From contig JAZNAD010000119.1 of the NCBI GenBank assembly GCA_045586345.1, forward strand, positions 1 through 53,895: 53,895 nucleotides of DNA, given 5' to 3'. Made by a program: the position numbers and the translations under genes. Each line of letters opens with the position of its first letter. Within the stretch, counting starts at the first letter, position 1. Shown here piece after piece: positions 7,982-17,600 of this stretch. The DNA is from Eubacteriales bacterium (GTDB taxonomy: Bacteria > Bacillota > Clostridia > Oscillospirales > CAG-272). The notes under the pieces were generated by a model. That model was not told the origin of the DNA, made no database searches, and saw only the letters and a list, made by a program, of their open reading frames with translations.

Positions 7982-8020
7982 TTGACAAAGCACCTTCAAT
8001 ATGATATCATTTTGATATCA
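7982..8020 (+). promoter_or_regulatory. SigA-type promoter with overlapping tandem palindromic operator
   Basis: TTGACA (7982-7987), 17-bp spacer, TGaTATCAT (-10 at 8005-8010). The palindromic 8-mer TGATATCA occurs at 8002-8009 and 8013-8020, 11 bp centre to centre. Confidence 0.5.
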
Positions 8021-8042
8021 GCCAATTTGGAGGTGTTTTGTT

Positions 8043-9065
8043 ATGCAAGAAAAAATTCTCGAAAACAAGAAGCACGGGATGCGGGTTCTTATTCTCCTCA
8101 TCCTCGGTTATGCGGCGGCGATCGCTATGGTGGTCATCGGCGGTCCGTGGATGGAAGAGGACGGTGTCCTTTCGACCGTCGGCATTGTTCTTTTTGCCGT
8201 GGGTATGGCCTATCTTTGTCTCTCCTGGATCCTTATCCTCGGGCTGAAGGTCTTAAAGCCCCAGGAGGCGCTCGTCCTTACGCTGTTCGGTAAGTACATC
8301 GGCACGCTGAAGGGTGACGGCTTCTACTTTGTCAATCCCTTCTCGGTGGCGGTCAACCCCGCCGCGAAGACCAAGCTGAACCAGAGCGGTGACGTCACAA
8401 CGGTGCCCGCGCTCCCTGCCAAGCAGGGCACGGCGGCGGCCGAGGTCGTCTCAAAGAAGCTCTCCTTAAAGGTGATGACCCTCTCGAACAACCGCCAGAA
8501 GATCAACGACTGCCTCGGCACGCCCGTTGAGATCGGCATTGCCGTCACCTGGCGCATCGTCGATACCGCCAAGGCGGTCTTCACGGTCGATAACTACAAG
8601 GAGTTCCTCTCGCTCCAGTGCGATTCCTCGCTCCGTAACATCGTCCGTCTTTATCCCTACGACGTCGCGCCGAACGTGGATACGACGGGCGACGGTCTGG
8701 CCGATGACGGGAGCCTCCGCGGCTCGAGCGAGATCGTGGCCTCGCGCATCCGTGAGGAGATCTCCGAGCGCGTCGCCGAGGCGGGCATCGAGATCATTGA
8801 TGCGCGCATCACCTACCTCGCCTACGCCCCCGAGATCGCCGCGATGATGCTCCAGCGCCAGCAGGCCTCGGCCGTCATTGACGCGCGCAAGATGATCGTT
8901 GACGGCGCGGTCGGCATGGTCGAGATGGCGCTTGAGCGCCTTGCCGCCAACGGCACCATCCTGCTTGACGAGGAGCGCAAGGCGGCCATGGTCTCGAACC
9001 TGCTTGTCGTGCTCTGCGGCAACCGCGATGCCCAGCCCATTGTCAATTCGGGTAGCCTCTACTGA
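8043..9065 (+). CDS. SPFH/band-7 domain membrane protein
   Basis: 340 aa. N-terminal TM segments followed by LKPQEALVLTLFGKY.GTL...GFYFVNPF and a coiled C-terminal A/Q-rich region typical of SPFH proteins. Confidence 0.8.
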   Translation: MQEKILENKKHGMRVLILLILGYAAAIAMVVIGGPWMEEDGVLSTVGIVLFAVGMAYLCLSWILILGLKVLKPQEALVLTLFGKYIGTLKGDGFYFVNPFSVAVNPAAKTKLNQSGDVTTVPALPAKQGTAAAEVVSKKLSLKVMTLSNNRQKINDCLGTPVEIGIAVTWRIVDTAKAVFTVDNYKEFLSLQCDSSLRNIVRLYPYDVAPNVDTTGDGLADDGSLRGSSEIVASRIREEISERVAEAGIEIIDARITYLAYAPEIAAMMLQRQQASAVIDARKMIVDGAVGMVEMALERLAANGTILLDEERKAAMVSNLLVVLCGNRDAQPIVNSGSLY

Positions 9066-9289
9066 TGAGCGACAGCGGTAAGAAGCAGATCCCCCTGCGC
9101 CTTTCGGAGCGGCTGTACGCCGCGATCGCCGCCTGGGCAGAGGATGACTTCCGCTCGGTCAACGGGCAGATCGAGTACCTTCTCACCGAATGCTGCAAGC
9201 AGCGGAAAAAGAACGGGAGGTACGTCGGGGAGGAGATCGATGCGCCCCTCGATCTTGACCTGCCCGAGGACACCTCGGGCGCGAAGTAA
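9065..9289 (+). CDS. Ribbon-helix-helix (Arc/MetJ-type) DNA-binding protein
   Basis: 74 aa. KQIPLRLSERLYAAIAAWAEDDFRSVNGQIEYLL fits a beta-strand/helix/helix RHH pattern. The start overlaps the SPFH stop by 1 nt. Confidence 0.6.
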   Translation: MSDSGKKQIPLRLSERLYAAIAAWAEDDFRSVNGQIEYLLTECCKQRKKNGRYVGEEIDAPLDLDLPEDTSGAK

Positions 9290-9297
9290 AAACCAAA

Positions 9298-9330
9298 AGA
9301 CCCCCTTGCGCCGGCAGGGGGGTCTGTGTT
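9298..9330 (+). terminator. Probable terminator after the RHH gene
   Basis: Stem AGACCCCC(9298-9305)/GGGGGTCT(9318-9325) with a weak T tract (GTGTT). Confidence 0.45.
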
Positions 9331-9366
9331 ATACTATAGTGTAGTCTAACAAAGGAGGGATGGGGC

Positions 9367-9834
9367 GTGATCCATTACCTTGTCGTCTTTCTGATCTCGA
9401 TGGTGCCGCTCATTGAGCTGCGCGGCGCGATCCCCTACGGGCTCGGCTTCGGGCTTGATCCCTTCCTCGTCTATGCCCTCGCCATTGTCGGCAACTGCCT
9501 GCCCGTGCCCGTCATTCTGTTTTTTGTCAAGCGCGTGCTTTTTTGGATGCAGGGCTGCTCGGTGAGCTTGTTCCGCCGTGTGGCCGCTTTCGTGATAGAG
9601 AAGGCACATAAGAACCGTGGCAAGGTCGAGAAATACGCCGCCCTCGGGCTTTTCGTTTTCGTGGCCATTCCCCTGCCCGGCACAGGCGCCTGGACAGGCG
9701 CTCTCGTGGCCGCGATGTTCGATATGAAGAAGCGCTACGCCTTCCTCTCGATCTTTCTCGGCGTTCTTGCGGCGGGGATCATTATGTCGCTTATCACGGG
9801 CGGCGTTCTCGCCGGGCTTGAGTTTATGCTGTGA
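9367..9834 (+). CDS. Small multidrug-export-like membrane protein (COG2426 family)
   Basis: GTG 9367 lies 7 nt after AAGGAGGG. Motifs PLIELRGAIPYG and IPLPGTGAWTGAL. Confidence 0.7.
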   Translation: MIHYLVVFLISMVPLIELRGAIPYGLGFGLDPFLVYALAIVGNCLPVPVILFFVKRVLFWMQGCSVSLFRRVAAFVIEKAHKNRGKVEKYAALGLFVFVAIPLPGTGAWTGALVAAMFDMKKRYAFLSIFLGVLAAGIIMSLITGGVLAGLEFML

Positions 9835-9843
9835 GGAGGGACT

Positions 9844-10761
9844 ATGAACGACCAAAAGAGCCTTCACTGCCCCTTCTGCGGACGAGGGTATTCCTTCCCG
9901 AAGGAGCGCATTGATACCGCCTTCACCTGCCCGCTGTGCCTTGCCACGATGATACGGCGGCAAACCTCCGAGCACGAGATCCGGGCGATCGCTACTCCCG
10001 TCTTTTCAGGCGAGAGCTATACGCGTGACGGCTTTACCGTCCGTGACGGGATGCTCGTCTCCTACGAGGGAGATGCTTCCGCTCCCGTCATCCCCGAGGG
10101 GGTCATGGCGATCGGCCAAGGCGCCCTCAAGGGCAACCGTACCCTCCGTGAGATCACGATCCCCGAGAGCGTCAAATACATCGGACACTCGGCCTTTGAC
10201 GGGTGCGAGGGAATGCGGAGGCTGACCCTGCCGAAGGAGCTCGTGGCCATCGGCAACTGCGCCTTCCAGGACTGCCGGCGCTTAGAACGGGTCAAGATCC
10301 CGTCGACCCTGCGGGCGGGGGGGTATGCGATCTTCAACCGCTGTGACAATCTCGTTGAGGCTGATTTCCCGATGGATATGGTCTATCTCGGGGGCTCGCC
10401 CCACTCCTCCTGCCGCCGCCTCCGTCGCTCACAGGTGCCGCATTGCGTGCAATCGATCTCACATTGGCTTGCCGACAACGATGCCCTTGAGAGCCTGACG
10501 CTCGGGCGGCGCGTCCGCTCGATCGACTACCCTCTCGTATCCCCCCGTCTTTGTGAGGTTTACTTTACACGACCCGAGGGGTGGGCGTACACCCCACGCA
10601 ATATTCCGTGGGACGGCAGCTTTGAGATGATCGACCCGTCGGTCCTTTCTCATCCAAAGAAGGCGGCACAGTTCCTGAAAAAGCTACAGGGAATGCGGCG
10701 TACCATCCAACGCATTGAGCATGAGCCGGAGGAGCCGTATTATCTGAGCGTTGAAGAATAA
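9844..10761 (+). CDS. Zinc-ribbon + BspA-type leucine-rich-repeat protein
   Basis: N-terminal CPFC..x..CPLC, followed by repeated IPESV..IG..AF..C..L units. No signal peptide. Confidence 0.65.
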   Translation: MNDQKSLHCPFCGRGYSFPKERIDTAFTCPLCLATMIRRQTSEHEIRAIATPVFSGESYTRDGFTVRDGMLVSYEGDASAPVIPEGVMAIGQGALKGNRTLREITIPESVKYIGHSAFDGCEGMRRLTLPKELVAIGNCAFQDCRRLERVKIPSTLRAGGYAIFNRCDNLVEADFPMDMVYLGGSPHSSCRRLRRSQVPHCVQSISHWLADNDALESLTLGRRVRSIDYPLVSPRLCEVYFTRPEGWAYTPRNIPWDGSFEMIDPSVLSHPKKAAQFLKKLQGMRRTIQRIEHEPEEPYYLSVEE

Positions 10762-10762
10762 G

Positions 10763-10795
10763 AAAAGAGGTTGCACTTGCAACCTCTTTTCTTAT
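10763..10795. terminator. Bidirectional terminator between convergent genes
   Basis: AAAAGAGGTTGCA(10763-10775)/TGCAACCTCTTTT(10778-10790), flanked by an A-run and a T-run. Confidence 0.7.
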
Positions 10796-11772
10796 TTCAG
10801 TACCGACACACCGCCAAAAAGGTCAAGGAAATAGACCTCTCGGGGTGGGAGGGTGAACTCGCAGCCGTTGAGGTACTCAAGGACGGTGGGCTCTCCGCGG
10901 AAGGAGAAGCGGAGGCGGTAGGCGACGAGCGCCTGGTGCTTATAGCCGGCCCGCTTATCGATAGCGTTCTTGCCGTACTTGCCGTCCCCGAGGAGGGGAT
11001 GGCCGATGTGCGCCATATGGGCGCGGATCTGGTGGGTGCGGCCGGTAAGGAGGGTGATGCGCAGAAGCGAGAGGTCGCCGGCGGTAGCGAGGGTCTCATA
11101 CTTCGTGCGGATCGAGAGCGCGCCCTTTGGGGGATCGCGGTCAAAGACCTCGACGGTCTTGGTCGCTTCGTTACGGAGCAGCCACCCCGAGAGGGTGACC
11201 GACGGGGGAGTCGGACGGCCGTGAACGGCGCAAAGGTAATACTTGTCGATCTCGCGCGCCTTGATCTTTTCGTTCATCACGCGGAGCGCCTCGGCGTTCT
11301 TGGCGGCGATGACGATGCCGGCGGTATTGCGGTCGATGCGGTTGCAGAGCGCGGGGACGAAGGACTGCTCGGTGGCAGGGTCGTACTCGCCCTTCTGCAG
11401 AAGGTAGGCCTGCAGATGGACGAGGAGGTTATTGGTGCGGTTGCCCTCGTCCTCGTGCACGGGGATGCCCGCCGGCTTATCGAGGAGGAGGATGTTCTCA
11501 TCCTCATAGAGGATGTGGAGATGCGGGGTGATGGCGGCGAGCGAGGCGCCGGCGCCGGTCTCTTTCCCGAAGAATTCGTCCGAAAGAAAGAGCTGGAGCA
11601 CGTCGCCCTCAACGAGGAGCTCGGAGGGCTCGCACCGCTTGCGGTTCCGCTTGATCTTTTTTGTGCGGATCGAGCGGTAGAGAAGCGATTGCGGCAGATC
11701 CGGCAGGGCCTTGCTTAAGAATTTATCGAGGCGCTGGCCGCCGTCGTTCTTGCCTATCGTTATTTCATGCAT
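10792..11772 (-). CDS. RluA-family pseudouridine synthase (S4 domain + catalytic domain)
   Basis: 326 aa. QRLDKFLSKAL (S4-like), catalytic NRIDRNTAGIV, and GRTHQIRAHMAHIGHPLLGDGKYG. Confidence 0.85.
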   Translation of the reverse strand: MHEITIGKNDGGQRLDKFLSKALPDLPQSLLYRSIRTKKIKRNRKRCEPSELLVEGDVLQLFLSDEFFGKETGAGASLAAITPHLHILYEDENILLLDKPAGIPVHEDEGNRTNNLLVHLQAYLLQKGEYDPATEQSFVPALCNRIDRNTAGIVIAAKNAEALRVMNEKIKAREIDKYYLCAVHGRPTPPSVTLSGWLLRNEATKTVEVFDRDPPKGALSIRTKYETLATAGDLSLLRITLLTGRTHQIRAHMAHIGHPLLGDGKYGKNAIDKRAGYKHQALVAYRLRFSFRGEPTVLEYLNGCEFTLPPREVYFLDLFGGVSVLK

Positions 11773-11774
11773 CG

Positions 11775-12404
11775 TCAGTCAGCCAAAAGGCGGCGGGCAG
11801 CCGCCACGATCAGCTCGGCCGCACCGTCAGTGCCGAGGCAGTGGGTATCGAGCGAGAGGTGGTAGTTCTCATGCTTGCCCCACTTACCGCCGGTATAAAA
11901 GCTGTAATAGGAGGCGCGGCGGCGATCGGTCTTTGTGACCCTGTCGCCGGCCCCATTGCGCGAAAGGTCAGGCTCCTCGGCCATGACGCGAGCAACACGA
12001 GCGTCGTAGGGAGCGTGAAGAAAGACCGAGAGACGGTGAGGCTCCTCGCGAAGAACGTAATCGGCGCAGCGACCGATGAAGATGCCGCTGCCCTCAGCCG
12101 CTCTTTCGCGGATGAAGTCGGACTGCAGAAGGAAAATACGGTCGTTGATCGGCATATGCATCGACATCCCGGGCGTCAGAGTGTGCCCGTGGGCGCCCAT
12201 CGCAAGGGTGTAGAGCAGGCTGTTGGCCGCCTTCTCGTCCTCGCGCTTGGCGACCTCGGGATGAAGGTCGCCAGCTGCGGCCGCGGCCTCGATGATCTCT
12301 TTGTCATACAGCGGAATGCCAAGGGCCTTTGCCACCTTCGCGGCGATCGCGCGACCTCCGCAGCCGCACTGACGTGCGAACGTAACGAGAATCTTTCTTT
12401 CCAT
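11775..12404 (-). CDS. Cytidylate-kinase-like family protein
   Basis: ATG 12404 lies 8 nt after AAGGAG. ILVTFARQCGCGGRAIAAKVAKALGIPLYDKEII and C-terminal RRASYYSFYTGGKWG are typical of the CMP-kinase-like family. The ORF-track start at 12509 is an unsupported extension. Confidence 0.7.
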   Translation of the reverse strand: MERKILVTFARQCGCGGRAIAAKVAKALGIPLYDKEIIEAAAAAGDLHPEVAKREDEKAANSLLYTLAMGAHGHTLTPGMSMHMPINDRIFLLQSDFIRERAAEGSGIFIGRCADYVLREEPHRLSVFLHAPYDARVARVMAEEPDLSRNGAGDRVTKTDRRRASYYSFYTGGKWGKHENYHLSLDTHCLGTDGAAELIVAAARRLLAD

Positions 12405-12571
12405 AAGGTCATCTCCTTTTCTGGGGGTTTCGCTTACAGTATAGCATATTTTTACCATTTTGTAAAGTGCCCCCGAAAAAACGGGGGGAAGCCCCTTGCT
12501 TTTTCCCATGAAAGGTGGTACAATTATTATGTGATATTATAATTTATTATAGAACACGAAGGAGGCGCCCC

Positions 12572-14076
12572 ATGCCCGAGATCTCCCCTGCCCTTACAGG
12601 CCGTATTGATGCCTATGCCGCGACGGCGCTCGGTCTTCCGACGGCGCTCCTGATGGGGCGTGCGGGCGAGGCAGTGGCCGCCGAGGTGATGGCTCATGCC
12701 GCACCCCCTGCACGGATTCTCGTCCTGTGCGGCAGCGGTAACAACGGCGGTGACGGCTATGCTGCGGCACGCATGCTTTCGCGGCGCGGCTACGAGGTAG
12801 CGGCTGTCGACGTCCTCGGTGCGGGGCAGCGGACCCCCGAGGGGAAGGCTTACCTTGCCGACTATTGCCGCGAGGTGGGAGCCCCCCTCACGCTCGCCGA
12901 GGCCGGAGGCCTTGACTGTGATATTCTTGTCGATGCCGTCCTCGGTACGGGCGCGCGCCTGCCGCTTGGCGGGGAGCTTGCCCCGGTTTCGCGTCTTATG
13001 AGGTTGAAGAACGCCTACCGTATCGCGGTCGATCTCCCCTTAGGGGTGGATGCCGAGGGCGGATGCGTTGACCCTCTAGCTGTACCCGCCGACGTAACGG
13101 TGGCGCTCGGCTTCGCGAAGCACGGTCTGTATTCCTACCCTGCCCGTGCGTACGCAGGAGAAATCCGAGTGGCCGACCTTGGCCTCGATACCCCCGAGGT
13201 GTGCGAGCACTTTGCGGTCGAGAATCATCTCCTGAGCCGGGAGACGGTTGTGCCGCTTCTCCCCATGCGCGACCCGAACGGTCACAAGGGGAGCTTTGGG
13301 CACGCGCTTCTCATCGCGGGGAGCGACACCTACCGCGGCGCCGCCCTTCTGGCCGGTGCGGCGGCGCTCCGCATGGGCGCAGGGCTCATCACCCTCGCAT
13401 CGCCTGAGAGCGTGCTTGCGGGCGCGCTTGTCGCGCTCCCCGAGCTTATTTTGGCACCCCTCCCAACCGAGGCTCCGATCCCCGAGGCGCTGACGGCCGG
13501 GAAGTCGGCGATTCTCTTTGGCCCCGGCGTCGGTCTTTCCGACGCGACAGCGGCGCGGCTTGCGTCACTCCTTGCATCGGAGGGGGGGCGCTTGTACTGG
13601 ATGCCGACGCCATTACGGTGCTCTCTGCGATGGGGGAGGAGGGCAAACGCCTTTTGAAGCAGAAAAAGCGTAAGGTTATCCTTACACCGCACCCCGGGGA
13701 GCTTGCACGTCTCATCGGTATGACGACCGACGAGGTGCAAGCCGACCGCCTCAAGCTTGCCCGTCGCTTTGCCTCGTGCTATCCCGTCACCCTTGTGCTG
13801 AAGGGGGCGGCGACCGTGGTGACGGAGGGAGACTCCTTCTATCTGAATACCTCCGGCTCGTCGGCGCTGGCCAAGGGCGGTAGCGGAGACATCCTTGCAG
13901 GGGCGATCGTCTCGCTCCTCGCCACGGGGATGGCACCTCTTGCAGCGGCAAGGCTTGCCGTATGGCTCCACGGGGCGGCGGGTGAGCGTTTGGCCGACAC
14001 CTGCTCGTCCTTTGGCGTGCGTCCCTCCGAGCTCCCGGCGACGATGGCGTCTCTGTTATCCGAGGTCGAGCCATGA
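12572..14076 (+). pseudogene. nnr: Bifunctional NAD(P)H-hydrate epimerase/dehydratase (YjeF_N + YjeF_C) interrupted by a 1-nt frameshift
   Basis: ORF 12572..13657 (GSGNNGGDGY) and ORF 13618..14076 (TPHPGE, ALAKGGSGDILAG) are the two halves. The frames join at the G7 run 13582-13588; a G8 would read EGGALVLDADAITVLSAMGEEG. Confidence 0.8.
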
Positions 14077-14660
14077 AGGGAACGGCCTGCCTTTTAGCCG
14101 CAAGGGATGACCCCTTCACGCGGACACTCGAGCTGGAGCTTGCCGAGTGCTTTGATGCCGTCACGGTAACCGACCGTGCCGAGGGGATCCCCCCTTGCCA
14201 TCTGCTTGTCCTCGATCTCGACCTAACCTTGCTCCCACCGTCGGCAGTTGCGGCGATGGCCGAACGCTGCCTCGGCTATACACGGGGCGCGCTGCCCTCA
14301 CTTCCCTTCCCCGTGCTTTCCCGTCCCTTCCCGATGGAAGAATGGCGACGCGCCGTCCGCGCCGAGGGAAAGGAGACTGCGGCGACCTACACCAACGGGT
14401 GCATTCTCCTCCCCGACGGAAGCGTTATCTCTCTGACCGAACGCGAGGACGCTCTCTTTTTGCTTCTCTATGAGGCGGACGGCTCACCTGTGGCGCGGGA
14501 GCACCTGGCCGAGGCCGTCTTCCCCGATGCAGCCGCGCCCGAAAAGTGCCTAAATGTCTACATTCACTACCTGCGCAAAAAATTAGAACGAAACGGCAAA
14601 CGGGCTATCCTCGCGCATCGCGGGGGTGGCTACTCGTTGCGGAGGGAGGCGCTATGCTGA
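14073..14660 (+). CDS. Atypical response-regulator-like protein with OmpR/PhoB winged-helix output domain
   Basis: The C-terminus (LTEREDALFLLLYEADGSPVAREHLAEAVF...LNVYIHYLRKKLE....I....GGGYSL) is Trans_reg_C-like. The N-terminal ~95 aa is a short, degenerate receiver (LLVLDLDL). ATGA overlap with nnr. Confidence 0.6.
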   Translation: MKGTACLLAARDDPFTRTLELELAECFDAVTVTDRAEGIPPCHLLVLDLDLTLLPPSAVAAMAERCLGYTRGALPSLPFPVLSRPFPMEEWRRAVRAEGKETAATYTNGCILLPDGSVISLTEREDALFLLLYEADGSPVAREHLAEAVFPDAAAPEKCLNVYIHYLRKKLERNGKRAILAHRGGGYSLRREALC

Positions 14661-17600
14661 CGCTTGTCTTCGGGCCTCCCGGTACCGGGAAGACCACTCT
14701 CCTCTGGGAGCGCATTGCCGAGGACCTTGCGGCGAAGCGCCCCGCCTTCCTCGTCGTTCCCGAGCATACCACCGTCAGCGTGGAGGCCACGGCCTGCCGC
14801 CGCCTTCCGCCGTCGGCCCCCCTCTGCTTCGAGGTCACCAACTTCACTCGCCTTGCCGATACCTATTTCCGCCGCTTTGGCGGTGTTAGCGAGCGGGCGG
14901 CCGATACCGAGACCGCGCTTCTCCTCCTGCGCGACACCGTCGCCTCGCTGTCACCCCTCCTTCATGACCGCCGCCGCATAACGCCGCAGCGCATCCTTGA
15001 GGTGCAGGCAGCCGTCCGCGAGTTGGCATCGGCCGGGGTCACCCCCGAGGCCCTGACGCAGGCAGCCGAGGAGATCACCGAGAATGAAACCCTCTCGCGG
15101 CGCCTTACCGATCTTTCCCTGATCCTTGCCGCCTTTGAGGGAGCGCTCGCCGCGCACGGTAGCCGTCCCACGGGGAGTGAGCTTTCGCGCCTGGCCGAGA
15201 TCCTGCGGGGCGCACCGCCCTCCGGCGATACCTCCTTTTATTTTGACGGCTTCACCAGCTTTACCGCCGTCCAGCTCCACGTGCTCGCGGCCATCCTGCC
15301 GCACGCGCCCGTGACAGTGACCCTCCCCATGCCGGAGCGAAACGAGACCGGCTGTCTCGCCTACGCCGAGATCGAGCGCACCCTGCGCGATCTCCGGCGT
15401 CTTGCGGCCGAGTGCGGATCCACCGTCAACACCGTCTCCCTGACTGAAAACCGTCGCACGCGCCCGACCGTCCTCCGCGAGATTGCCGCGCGGCTCTTTA
15501 CCCCTCGCCCTGCCCCCCTTCCCGAGGGAGAGGAGGAAACGCCCGACGCCCTCCGAATCCTTGAATGCCGTACCCCCTTCTCTGAAGCAGAGCTTGTAGC
15601 CGCCGACATTGCGCGGCGCGTCCACCTCGGTGCCTCGTACCGTGATTTTGCTATCATCGCGCGGTCGGCCGAGAGCTACCGCGGCGTCCTTGACGTCGCG
15701 CTTGAGCGTCACGGCATCCCTGCCTTCTTCTCTCTCCCCTCGGATCTATCGGCCTTTGAGATCACGAAGCTTATCCGTACCGCCTATGCCGTCATTACGG
15801 GCGGCGGCCGGCGCGAGGACGTCATCACCTACGCGAAGTGCGGCCTCTCCGGCATCCCCGCTGATGAGTGCGACCGCCTTGAGCTGTACGCCGAGCGTTG
15901 GGGACTTTCTGGACGGCGACTCCTCAGGACCCCGTATACGCTCTCGCCCTCGGGCTACAGGACTCCGCGCACCGAGGGGGAGCGCGAGGCACTCCGCACC
16001 GAGCTTTCCGCACTGGAGGACACGCGCCGCCGTCTTGTGGCACCCCTGGATATCCTTGAAAAGCTTTGTAAAGGAGAGTTTACGGTAAGAGAGCATTGCA
16101 CGGCCCTTTATGAGTTTTTGTCTTTGCTGAATGTCGAAAAGCTGCTCTTTGACCGTGCCCATCGCTTTGCCGAGGAGAGTGATGCCGAGCGCGCCGATAT
16201 CTACTCCCGCCTTTTCGGGGAGATCGCCGCGACCCTCGACCGTCTTGTCACTCTGATCCCCGACAGCCGCCTTTCCCTTGAAGATTTCTCCGAGCTTCTG
16301 GCCCTTCTTTTTGCCTCACATTCGCTCGGCACGATTCCGCAAAGGAGCGACGCCGTGACGGTGGGCTCGGCCGATCTTCTCCGACCGAACGAGCCGCGTC
16401 ACATCTATCTTATCGGCGTGAATGCCGACGTCTTCCCGCGGACGAAGGAGACAGGCGGCGTATTTTCGGCCGCCGAGATCCTGCTGCTCGGAGAGCACGG
16501 CATCGTTCTCGACGGCGATGAGGTCGTCCGTATCTCACGCGAATGGTTCTGCTTTTTACGCGCCTTCCTTGCAGCGAGTGAGACGGTGACTCTCTCCTAT
16601 ACTCTCTCGGACCTTGCCTATGTGCCTGTCGGACGGAGCGAGGCACTCGACCGTATTCTCGCGATGACCGGGAACCGCTTCCCGATCCGACGCGAGGAGG
16701 AGATCGCGCCCCTCGACCTTGTGTTCACCAAGGAAGCCGCGCTCTTCGCCCTCGGTAAGCCGATGGCAAAGAGCGAGCGAGCCACCCTCCTTGCCTCCCT
16801 TGCGCCGAGCGCTGAGGCGGCCGAGCACCTCCGCTCCGCGCGCGCACCCCTTGTGGAGCCTGTGGCCCGCGTTTCATCCGAGGCGATGAATACCCTCTTG
16901 GGGCAGAGCATTTCCCTGACCCAAAGCCGCATTGATACCTACGTCGGCTGTCCCTTCTCCTACTTTTGCCGGCATGTGCTGTCGCTTGATGAGGAGCAGG
17001 GCACGACGCTCAGGAGCGCCGACATCGGCAACTACGTGCATGCCGTGATGGAGGAGCTGCTTGCCGGCGGAATACCCGACGGTGAGGCGATCCCCGCACG
17101 CATCGGGGAGATCACCGAGGCCTATCTTGCGACGCTCTTCCCGGAAGGAGCCGAAATCCCGGCGCGCATCCGCCACCGCTTTTTGCGCCTCTCGCGCCTT
17201 GTGATCCGCTTGGCCGCCGAGCTTGCCGAGGAGCTGGAGACATGCGATTTCTCTCCTATCCTCTTTGAATACGAGCCGTCGGCCACCGACGAGCGCGAGG
17301 CGGCGCCCCCCGTCTTCACACTGGAGGACGGCACGCGCGTGACGGTCTACGGAAAGATCGACCGTGTCGACATCTGTCGCAAGAACGGCAACGCCTATCT
17401 ACGCGTGATCGACTATAAGACAGGCGAGAAGATCTTCTCACTGGAGAACATCGCCCGTGGCCGCGACCTGCAGCTCCTCCTCTACCTGTTTGCCCTATGG
17501 AAATGCGATCGCCCCCGCTTCCTTGAACGCCTTGGCGTTGGAGAGGGTGGCAGGGTCATCCCCGCCGGAGTGCTCTATCTCAATCTTTCGCTCGCCACCC

